From assembly GCF_002105155.1 (NCBI RefSeq), contig NW_019028991.1, positions 124,001 through 188,000 on the forward strand: a DNA stretch of 64,000 nt, in the 5' to 3' direction. Source of the DNA: Lobosporangium transversale. Taxonomy: Eukaryota. The notes below the pieces were generated by a model that searched no databases, was not told where the DNA came from, and saw nothing but the letters and a program-made list of their open reading frames with translations. Made by a program: the position numbers and the translations under genes. Of the stretch, positions 1-9,951 are shown piece by piece (within the stretch, counting starts at the first letter, position 1; each line of letters starts with the position of its first letter).

Positions 1-543
1 ATTAAGATGTGGAGGGCATTCGTGGATGTGTTCAACTGCCTGCCCTTGGCCGCTATTGTTGCCAATAAGATTTTTTGTGTACATGGTGGACTATCACCCA
101 ATTCTCGACGAGGATGACATCCGGGCGATCCGACGCCCTACAGACGTACCAGATTTTGGATTGCTGAATATCTATTGTGGTCAGATCCATCAGACACAGC
201 GGCGGACTGGGAAGATAACGAGCGTGGTGTTTCATATTGCTTTGGACGGAGTATCATCCAAAAGTTTTTGAATCGTCACGATTTTGATCTAGTATGTCGA
301 GCGCACATGGTAGTGGAGGATGGATATGAGTTCTTTAATGACCGGACACTGGTTACTGTCTTTTCGGCACCCAACTATTGTGGCGAATTCGATAACTACG
401 GAGCTGTGATGAGCGTGAACGAAGATCTGCTGTGTAGTTTCGAGCTGTTGAAGCCAATTGATCCAGAAACAGCACGAGCACAGATGCAGAGCCTTGCAGC
501 GTCAGCAGGCGGATGGAGAGTGAACAAGCAACGGCTCAGGTAA
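1..543 (+). CDS. PPZ1: 3' part of a PPZ/PP1-family Ser/Thr protein phosphatase catalytic subunit; runs off the left edge and has two apparent frameshifts (~105 and ~168)
   Basis: Motifs across three frames: [23 protein letters not shown] (frame 1), [19 protein letters not shown] (frame 2), LLWSDP...[13 protein letters not shown]...[33 protein letters not shown] (ORF 175-543). [11 protein letters not shown] and PTDVPDFG are Ppz-type. Confidence 0.85.
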
Positions 544-566
544 GAAAGCTTAAAAAAAGATGCTGT

Positions 567-600
<34 letters not shown>

Positions 601-1257
601 TCTTATATGCATTTCGTTAAATATCTTTTTTTTTTTTTTTTTTTACCTCCTTCATTCATGGATTTAGCTTACCTGATAGCAACTCACTATTCACTTCAAC
701 GCCAGGCAGCATGATGCACGGATAGTCATGAAGCAAGAGAGAAAAGTGCAAACAAAAAAGCCAAGGATATGAGAATTATAATAATAATAATACCTAAAGA
801 GTTTGTTTATCCTTTTATTTACAAAAAAAAAAAAAAAAAAAAAAAAAAGAAAAGCTTGTGCACCATAGACATTTACATTGTTTGTTTCTTCTGCTCACAA
901 TCAACATTCGACGATGACTCGATTCTGAGCGAGAAGGCAAAAAAAGGGGAGTTTTTGGTCTAGATCGTTCTTACAGTTTGTCAATCATTATGTTCGACTT
1001 GTAAAAGTCAATGTCCCTTCTTCGATCTTGTTATTGATAGTTAAACACTACATCGGGCAACATCTGGGGATAAACAAACATTAAGGAAAAGAAAAAGAGA
1101 GGGCGAGAAGGCAATACCCAGATTATTATTTTTTTACGAAAGAAGTGCTGATTTATATATCTCAGGTTACGGATGGACGGAAGGTGTACAAGGTACGCAC
1201 AGTAAATTGGCATCAAAAGGCCGCAAAATTTGAATGTCAACCAACGGAGGAGAGGTA

Positions 1258-1811
1258 AGGCGACTGTTCGGACTCCATCTGATACTGTATAAACACCCGA
1301 ACACTGCCCACATGCTATTGACTACTCTACGTCCCTTAAACAATATTCTTAGCATACATCTGAACTTTTGCAAGGGATGTGTCAATACTTCGACAAACAT
1401 GTAGCAATTAATGGCTATATCACAGCCCTTGGATTGTGGAAGCGCTGAAATTATGCGGAAAACGGGAACCATTTGTGTTTTTACTAGCAACAAGCGTGGT
1501 TTCAAAAAAGGGTGCCTCCAAGGAACAAATCCTATATCCTTCATTGCTCAAAAGAGACAATCTTGTCTTTTCTGCACCCCAAAAGCTCGCCATAATCCTA
1601 TTGAAGCGTTCAGAGGCATTATTTGCCTCATGGTTTGAGGATTAGCAGACTTTCAGTCAAGCTTTATTGTTTTGAACAAACACAGTAAATCCTGTCCATT
1701 CGAAGTTAGTCCCTTTGGATGGCAGCTATTCAGGGGATGCTAATCAGTTCCGCTAAATTATGGTGCAATCAAAGCAGATTTGGAAAACCAACAAGCATCG
1801 AACAGTCGCCT
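1258..1811. mobile_element. Non-autonomous DNA transposon/MITE, copy 1, with both terminal inverted repeats
   Basis: Perfect 15-bp inverted repeat TAAGGCGACTGTTCG (1256-1270) / CGAACAGTCGCCTTA (1799-1813). The interior 1275-1811 recurs at 9427-9951. Confidence 0.75.
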
Positions 1812-1845
1812 TAACAAGCGAGTGACCTCTCTGTGACGCGCACGT

Positions 1846-1900
1846 ACCATGGGGGCGACTTTTCAAATTCTTTTATAGAGATGAAATCCAAAGTCGCCCC
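1846..1900. repeat. Conserved palindromic cassette-boundary site C
   Basis: ACCATG-GGGGCGACTTT-27 nt-AAAGTCGCCCC; differs from 7406-7460 at only 2 positions; lies 100 bp beyond the stop of the minus-strand ORF ending at 2000. Confidence 0.9.
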
Positions 1901-1999
1901 AGTTAATATTTTAGCGTGTTATTAAATTTCTATGACAAGCCTTTTTATAGGATTAAGAACTATATATATTATGTATTACTGTATACTGTGACGAAAATT

Positions 2000-4641
2000 C
2001 TAAGTTGGGATATTTTTAAAAAGTTTCTCTTTGAGCTCGTCGAAGCTGACATGAAGAAGATCTTTGTAATCCTTGATTAATCCAGTGTGGTTTGCTGCAC
2101 CAGGGGAACCACGCATGTAAACTATTTTAAATCCAGTTACTGGCTCTCCATCCTTTTTGACAACAAAATGCCCATCGTCAATTATGGCGGAATGATTACC
2201 TCCAAATACTTCGTCCAAATAGCTTTCAATCTGATTTCTGCCGTCGGGACCTCTCTTATCAAAAGCGTTCTGGATTTGCTTAATTTGTTTCTTCTCGTGT
2301 TCTTGGAAATTACTTATGGACACCTGGATAAACATTGTGTCGAGTATGAAATCAAAGCGAGGATAAGTCGAATGACAATGGCTCAGTACATGTCCATAGC
2401 CACGTCCAAGAGAAGTCATGCCTTGATGGATTGTCCCATGATCCTTAAAGTCCATTATAATCTCCGTTGGATTCACGCCGATAAGGTTTGTTGCTTTGAG
2501 AACGATTGGCTTGGTTAAAGTCAAAAGCCGGACTAGCAGTGCCAACTCGAAATCATCTCCACTCATCTCTCCAAGAATAACTCCCCTCAGGATATGCTCA
2601 TGATGAGGCATATTTGTAAACGCCTGAAAGAGTGCTTTCTGCGCTGGGAGGCACAAGACATAGTTTATGGCTCCGCGGTTCTTGTTGAGACGATAGATAA
2701 GCCCTAGGTCACGGAAATCCCATTCAAAATCACTACTCTGCGAGTTGTTGCCAAGGAAGACTGTTGCAAGGCTTTTAGCGAACTTCTTCTTCGCTTCATC
2801 GCTGCAAGATCTGTAGTACGTCCAAACTACAGTGTGAAACTCGCCTGTTCTCTCAGTTACATACGAATCAATGCTATTTCTTGTGAGTGGTCTTTCCTCA
2901 ATTGACCGGATGAGGAACATAAACTCTCGTGGCACACGGTTTGTAATCCTCATTATATCCTGGACAATATCGGGTTGGTTCAGGTGGACCTCCAACCATT
3001 TTGAAAACACTGTCTCGGATAGTGGGCCAACAAAGTACAATAAGGTGTTTCGAAGACTGCCTGGCATAATCTCCAATTCATATTTGGCATGGGCTGTTCC
3101 TGTAAATATCGCTCTAGATCCTTTGGATTCAGCTTCCCATCGAGTGAGATCCTTTAGATGGTTCAAGAACAGGTATTTATCTGGCACGTACGGCTCTTTT
3201 TGGAATAACTTTCCATGTTCGTCGATAATGAATAGTGTTTTGCGCTCCTTCTGTTTGAATAGGTCGAATAATGCGCGACCAGCCGCAATTGAGCAATCTA
3301 TAACTTCAGAAGCGTCGAGGAGACTTTCCAGATCAGATGCCGTCAAGATATCCCTGTTGAGAGCGAAGAAGATCCTTAACAGTGCCTTTGCCGATTTTAT
3401 TTCCTAGAGCTTGACGAGTAATTGGTTGGAATATCGGTTCAATTTTACTATAACAGTTCTTCAAAGTCTCCAAGAATTGTTCTTTGCGATCCTCCTCATA
3501 ATCCTTTAGTCGTTTCTTAATCCCATTAGCCGCGAGCTCAATGCCTTCAATGTCTTCGCCAAAAAAAAATATTGAATTCCCGTGGCACACATCCGGTGGC
3601 TTTTTGAATCTCGCCTCGTAGCTCATTCAATTGTTGGCGGGCTGTTGGGTGGACCTTATTTATGATCACATCCAGTAGCTTATTGAAAATATCAGGCGAC
3701 AGTGGACTAACATACTCGACATAGTGTGGTGCGTCTCTGAGAATGAGCTTTGCAAATCTTACCGTACTGCTAAACACTACTCTCGCATTATTTGAATTGT
3801 TCCAAGAGTTGAAAGTCTTTAGAGGCCATAAAACTGGGAACCTGTCGGGCGCAGACTTACTATTTTTCTGGAAATAATGCACCATGCTCATCCACGACAA
3901 ATAATGCCTTCTGACTTCTTGACTGGAGTAGGTCACCCAAGATACTGCTGGCGCTACTCACAAAAAGATTTTCCGATGTTTCAATTTCGACCATTTCCTC
4001 GAGCTCTGAGGCTGTCAAAGTATCTTTGTTGATGGATAAGAAGAGTTGACAGATCAGTCGTGATGCGTCAGTATTAGTGTCACAATTGTTAAGTTGATTA
4101 GCATCCGCAATATAAAGCACTGGCCAACCATGTGCATATGCCTTGGCCGCAAGGAACCATGAAATGTATGATTTGCCGACGCCCATTGGACCGTAAACAT
4201 TTCTTGACAGACGACTCACTGTTCTCGAGTTCATTCCATAGCTTCATCATCTATTCAGACATAAAAAAACTCGCGACCTTGATAGCCTCTCGCAAAGAAT
4301 ATTGGGTTCTGACCAAGATCCATTGAAGTAATTCGATTCCCAGCCTGCACCATCAAAAGCGATTGGAACTCGGCGCGGGGTTCTGGTGCATACTTGTTAT
4401 TTTCGCTCAAATTCAGTATATGTTGGGGTAAAACTACGAGTTCGCCATCGACTGCAATATATCGCTTCAAGGAACGACAGCGCTTCGTAAGGTGCTCTTT
4501 GAGCATATAAGAATAGCGAGACTGACGTGAGTATGGAATAAATAAATTTTCTCAAGAATCATCAAAACTATGAATGGAATAAACTCACTTTCTAAATCTT
4601 CGTCTTCTGTGTCTTCTAGGCTCCTTTGGGACTTCTTGGGG
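2000..4641 (-). pseudogene. Headless Crinkler C-terminal cassette B (P-loop NTPase, partial second NTPase, REase-fold domain), disrupted
   Basis: Mini-exon 4641-4589 and main exon from 4496. Fragments YIAVDGELVVLP, GPMGVGKSYISWFLAAKAYAHGWPVLYIADA, FVVDEHG, second unit FIIDEHG...FTGTAHAKYE...RVPRE, C-terminal YPRFDFILDTMFIQVSIS, all paralogous to ORF 5129-6946. Split over five ORFs by frameshifts plus an in-frame TAG near 4251. No ATG or header exon of its own. Confidence 0.8.
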
Positions 4642-4767
4642 CTATTTAAAATCCACGCAATAAACTAACAAGAGGATAGTTAGATAGGAGGCTTTGATAA
4701 AAGTACTTGTATGCGATAGAGCAGTGGGGAGCCGAAATAAGCTCAAGCAAAAAGCCTCGCGAGAGGA

Positions 4768-4830
4768 CAGTGAGAGTCAGAGTATACGCACGCACCATGG
4801 AGGCGACTTTACAAATTCTTTTTACAGATC
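4768..4830. repeat. Degenerate cassette-boundary site B (left arm plus flank; right arm possibly displaced to ~4971-4987)
   Basis: CAGTGAGAGTCAGAG...ACCATGGAGGCGACTTTACAAATTCTTTTTA matches 7380-7436 and 1846-1875. Confidence 0.8.
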
Positions 4831-5128
4831 AAACTGTGCATTTAACAATTAAGCACCATTTACCACTATGCCTACTACCGCCCTCTGAATAATTCTCTAC
4901 AAATAGCAAGACTGGATATTTTTGGCTATTCTAGAATGATTTGGGCGATCTAAAAGTCCCATAAATATAAACAGATCTAAAGTCGTCAAGCCGCATCTGC
5001 GTATTTATCTCAATCTGGTCTCTCATCTCATCTACAACCCGACGCGGCACCCTTTGATAGGATGACGCTTAAAGTTAGAAGATGAATGGAGTAGAAGCTT
5101 CCTTTATTGATAACACTATCCAACACTA

Positions 5129-8028
5129 TCAAACAATGTTTGCAAAGAATAGGCTTTTGAGGTCGTTGAAGCTTACATGTTCTACATCTGGCAACTCTGT
5201 AACGAGCTGGCGGTGATTCCCTAGGTTAATATCTCTACCACAAATGTAGACGATTCGGAATCCAGGAACAACTTCATCAATACCTGTTGTCGGGTCTTTT
5301 TTGGTGACAATAAATCCATCCTTTCCAAAATCAGCTCTATGCTTTCCACCATACATTTCATCCAAGTAACACTCAATCTGATTCCTATCATTATACACCA
5401 CTTTGGGTGTCTTGTACGGTCGCTTAAATGCTTTCCTTAAATCACTTGAATCTCTGTTATGCACTCCAAACTCGCTGACAGACACCTGGATGAATATTGG
5501 TCCAACCATAAAGTCAAATCGAGGATATCCTGGATAGCCACGGGCCAAGAATTTATCTTTTCCAGGGCCAAGAGAATGTCGTTGCCTGCTTATAACTCGG
5601 TAGTCATCGAAGTCCAACACGATCGAGCCCTTAGGATCACCAACGAGGTTCGTTGTAGGGAGCACTATTGGCCTAATACTAGTGCAAATAAATGCATGAA
5701 AAATTGCTTGCTCAAATTCATTTCCACTGAACCTATTAGCCTTGAGCCGATTCTTTAGATCTTCTGGCATTCCCATTGTCTTGAACTGATCCAAAAGTGC
5801 TCTGAAGGCTGTATTGCATAAAGGGCGGAATAAAATTACTCCATCTCTCCTTAGACGGAACAAAAGACCCAGATCTATGAAATCCCACTTGAACTCTCCT
5901 TCGACAGAACCATGTAAGAACGCCGAGGCAAGGCCATTATAAAAATTTGTACGGGTCGTCTCGGATTTTTCGATGCTTTTGTAGTAGTTCTGGATGTTGT
6001 GAGAAAAATCCAACCTTCGGCAGTCTTCAAACTTCTCGAATGCCTCCTTAATGGGTAACTCTGGATTCTCTTCAATATAGGTTGACAAGTTCATCAGCTC
6101 TCGTGGTACAAGGTTCGTGATACTCCGTATATCCTCGTAGTCCGTGGATTGGAGATTGGGAGTATGCTTCAACAGATTCTTGAAAGCGTCATCCAACAAA
6201 GGTCCCACGAATACCACTGTTTTAAAGTCCTCCTTAAAGCTCGATTCCATGATCTCCAATTCGAATTTTGCATGCGCTGTGCCAGTGAGAATCAAACGAG
6301 ATCCAGCCAAGTCTTCAGTCCAACTGGAAAGGTCCATCAGAGGTTTTAAAGATTTAAATTTTTCTGGTACTGGTTTGTCGAATCTGAAGAGTTTCCCATG
6401 TTCGTCAATAATAGTTAGAGTCTTCCGTTCCTTCTGCATGAGCATGTTAAAAACGCGTATGATAGCAGTATTCCATATGCCACCTTGAACACCATAGCCG
6501 GATACAAGCGTCTCCAGTTCGGCAGCAGTTAAAACATCCTTGTTCATCACAAGGAAACGCTCGATCACTTCCATATATGAGTCCGCTTTCTCACTAGTAT
6601 CCAAAGTACCCGCATCTGATATGTAGAGGGTAAGCCATCCTTCAGCATATGCTCTTGCTGTCAAAAAATAGGAGAGAAAGCTCTTGCCAATACCCATTGG
6701 ACCAGACAAGACTCGTCTGTATACGCACCTTTGTTCTTCTTCCATCTCGTTCCAAAGCTCCAGCATTTGGTGCGTGACGAGAATTTCAGAGACTCTATAA
6801 CCCTTTGGGACTTGACCCAGGGATGGTATATCGACCCAACTACCAGCCTTCAGATCGTCTTTGAGATGTTCAAACTCATTACGTGGTTTTGGAAGGTATC
6901 TAGAATCCTCTAGCATTGCGATCCAAGAGGGTGGTAACGTGACCATTTTGCCATCAGAAGCCCTGTATTCTCTCCACCCTTCCTCAATGCGTATCTTCTT
7001 TGAAGGTGAAATATACTGTGGATCTAATTATGATCATCGTACACATACACAGTTGGTTAGTACCATAACATATAGCCAGTCATCAAGTCAATCTATTTAT
7101 ACAGCAAAAAACAAATTATTACCTTCGTCCATTTTTCTCTTGAGAATCTGTCCCGATGTCTCTAGAAAGATAAGAGAGCGCAGCAATGGCAGAAATGTTA
7201 GCATTTTGATCAGATCAAAGAATATATTGCTGTCAATGAGATATGAACGCCAGCTAATGGAGAGTCAGAGCATGTGTGCGAAACGCGAAACAGATTCAAT
7301 CAGAAAAACTAACAAATGCATCAATGTAAACAGGTCAAATAAAAATAAAAATAAAAATGAAAACTGTGTTCTCAGACAACAGTGAGAGTCAGAGCATGCG
7401 CATGGACCATGGGGGCGACTTTTCAATTTTTTTTATAGAGATGAAATCCAAAGTCGCCCCCGGTTAAATAGTGTTGCCGAGATTCATCTCAACAACATAA
7501 AAAAGGGATAGATACACGTGACCGTGATGAGATAGCTTCATCAATTGAACAATCGAAATATCATCAGTCCATCAAGAGCTAATACATACCTCGCTGCGGT
7601 GGCTTGACAAAAACATGGATAGTTTCCTCTGGAAGTTCGGAAATAAATATGTCCCTAAGCTTCCTTGACGCGGGTACGAGAGCCTCTTTCGACACAATTT
7701 CTGACTCAACGACGGTCTTGTCTTTGTCAGGGATGGAAACCTTGTAGAGAGTAAACTGGTCAGCATCGAAGTCCTTAAACGCATTTTTCTTCGCTGCCTT
7801 GATGGCTTGCTTGAGTTCATCGACTGAACAATTGGAAAGAATCTTTACAGAAAAAGAAGTTGCTTCTCCATCAACAATACAAAAAATCTTTAGCTCGGTT
7901 GGCTCGAGGATTTTAGGGTCATTGGTGCTTGAAGACTCTTCCTTCGCTTCCCCTTTTCTTTCTTCTTTCCTTTCATACGGTTTAGTTCGAGGTGATAGGC
8001 ATCGTGGTGATGTTCTGTCGCTTCCCAT
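5129..8028 (-). CDS. Crinkler (CRN)-family protein: ubiquitin-like header exon 8028-7590, mini-exon 7161-7123, exon 7023-5129 (NTPase + REase-fold; cassette A)
   Basis: Header LKIFCIVDGEATSFSVKI...VDELKQAIK...FTLYKVSIP...TIHVFVKPP is the typical CRN N-terminus with its HVLVxxP-like end. Donor GTATGT at 7589. Both introns are phase 1 with TGCTAAC/TACTAAC branch points, and splicing reads in frame (QR-ETSGQILKRKMDE-DPQYISPSKKIR...DGKMVTLPP). Walker A GPMGIGKS, Walker B TIIDEHG, nuclease-like YPRFDF..FIQVS. Confidence 0.88.
7380..7461. repeat. Conserved palindromic cassette-boundary site A, inside the intron between the CRN header and cassette A
   Basis: GGGGGCGACTTT (7411-7422) / AAAGTCGCCCCC (7450-7461) 12-bp inverted arms, plus the flank CAGTGAGAGTCAGAG shared with site B. 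Confidence 0.9.
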
Positions 8029-8924
8029 TGTGATTTCAAAAACAAGGGTGTAAATGGACGGAGGACAGAAAATAGGGAAAGGTTGATAAAAATGCTAAAG
8101 GATGATAATTCAGTAGCAGGATGGTTCAAAATTGTCTAGAGATGAAGTTGAGGGAGGAAAAGAAAAAAAGAAAAAAAGAAAAAAAAAAAGGAAAGGAAAG
8201 GAAAGGAAAGGCAATGAATGAAGGCTTGGAATAAATAAAAGAGCAAAATTGATGGGAGCAAAACTGGGGGGAAATAAGAAAAAAGTGAAAAGAGGATAAA
8301 GGAAGAAAAGGAAGAGGAGAGTGCAAAAATGAAGTGAAGCAAGTTAAAGAAAGGAGCGACAATTGATAAATTTGTTCCTTTATTTCAAGGTTGGGCTATG
8401 CTGTGTGTGTGTGTGAGAAAATTTTTTTTCTTGTTGCACAAGACGCCATGCGATTAAAGGCCCCCAAGTGTGACGTAACATGTATTATTTAAATACACAA
8501 ACACTATTCATTCTCTTTAACTCTCTTGTTTTAACCACACAATCGAAAGTATGCACACATTCACCCTACATTCATCCCACTATGTACAAGTCAAATACTC
8601 CCTCATTCCAAGAACAAGAAGCTGTTACTGATATTGTAAGTGTTCAAACGCGAATAATATTTTTTGTATCAGTGCTTTCTTGGTGATATCTAAGCAAAAT
8701 TATGCTTTAGAGAAAACCCTTGACGCGTCAAACTTTAGGAAGGATGGGGAGAATGACAGCAAAGAAAGAAAAGATGGCAATGAAGAAAAAGAGGAGGATG
8801 ATCAAGTAGATATCCCAGCAATTATATTAGTTGCCCCATAAAGTCTAGTTCATTGCTTGAGAGTAATAAAGAAAAAACTTGGCATTTGGACGTTAAGAAT
8901 GGACTCAATAATATTGGTTTTGTG

Positions 8925-9114
8925 CAAGCCTGAGGGCGAAGTTCATGTGCACATGCACGCGCCGAAAGGCAAACGTGGCATGCTCCTGCAGACACTTCTC
9001 TGGGACCAAGCGTGACATTTTGGCTGGAGGTCTAAAAAATTTCTAAGTTGAACACACCACAGGAAAGGCTCTTTTTTTTTATTTTTTTTTTATTTCCAAG
9101 TCATTTACACCACA

Positions 9115-9153
<39 letters not shown>

Positions 9154-9408
9154 GAGAATGATGGGAGGTAAATTTCGTAATGAATAAATGAGGTTGTGAA
9201 ATGAGAGCAAGAAAAACAATAGCATGCTTCACATGTAGGCCATTTTCTTGTGATCTGCAAACTTTGCTTAAAAAAAAATGACAACCTTTCCTGCGGTGTT
9301 TTCGACTTAAGAAATTTTTTTAAGCAAGTCCCAGCCGGTGAGAGAGAAGAGCAAGCCACATTTGGCTTCCAGCACGTGCATGTGCACATGAACTTCGTCC
9401 TCAGGCTG
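8925..9408. mobile_element. Foldback/MITE-like element with long imperfect TIRs (~140-150 bp)
   Basis: 8928-8979 GCCTGAGGGCGAAGTTCATGTGCACATGCACGCG... is the reverse complement of 9355-9406 (6 mismatches in 52). 9022-9080 also pairs with 9270-9336. GTG flanks both ends (8922-8924, 9409-9411). Confidence 0.8.
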
Positions 9409-9426
9409 GTGACGAGCCTAGTGAAC

Positions 9427-9951
9427 CCATCTGATACTATATAAACACCTGAACACTGCCAGACTACTCTACGTCCCTTAAACAATATTCCTAGTATACA
9501 TCTGAACTTTTGCAAGAGATGTGTCAATACTTCGACAAACATGTAACATTTAATGGCTACATCACAGCCCTTGGATTGTGGAAGCGCTGAAAGTATGCGG
9601 AAAACGGGAACCATTTGTGTTTTTACTAGCAACAAGCGTGGTTTCAAAAAAGGGTGCCTCCAAGGAACAGATCCTATATCCTTCATTGCTCAAAAGAGAC
9701 AATCTTGTCTTTTCTGCACCCCAAAAGCTCGCCATAATCCTATTGAAGCGTTCAGAGGCATTATTTGCCTCATGGTTTGAGGATTAGCAGACTTTCAGTC
9801 AAGTTTTATTGTTTTGAACAACACAGTAAATCCTGTCCATTCGAAGTAGTCCCTCTGGATGGCAGCTATCCAGGGGATGCTAATCATTTCTGCTAAATTG
9901 CGGTGAAATCAGAGCAGATTTGGAAAACCAACAAGCATCGAACAGTCGCCT
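9427..9951. mobile_element. Second, direct-orientation copy of the 1258-1811 element (right TIR present, left TIR not seen)
   Basis: Near-identical to 1275-1811, giving near-identical spurious ORFs in the track; ends CGAACAGTCGCC|TAA. Confidence 0.8.

Noticed and set aside
1040..1260. Plus-strand exon-like pair (LRKRKREGEK / VTDGRKVYKVRTVNW) with AG and GTAAGG signals
   Set aside because: No start or continuation. The donor overlaps the transposon TIR, and the purine run is better explained as a minus-strand pyrimidine tract.
1167..1645. Short ORFs (125, 75, 69 aa) duplicated at 9147-9787
   Set aside because: They are by-products of the repeated element. No frame stays open and no recognisable domain is seen.
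2087..7385. Plus-strand ORFs (143, 178, 114, 174 aa) overlapping the CRN cassettes
   Set aside because: Antisense shadows of the minus-strand coding sequence with no independent motifs.
1846..7461. CRISPR-like interpretation of the palindromic repeats
   Set aside because: Only three copies separated by kilobase coding cassettes, in a eukaryote, with no cas genes.
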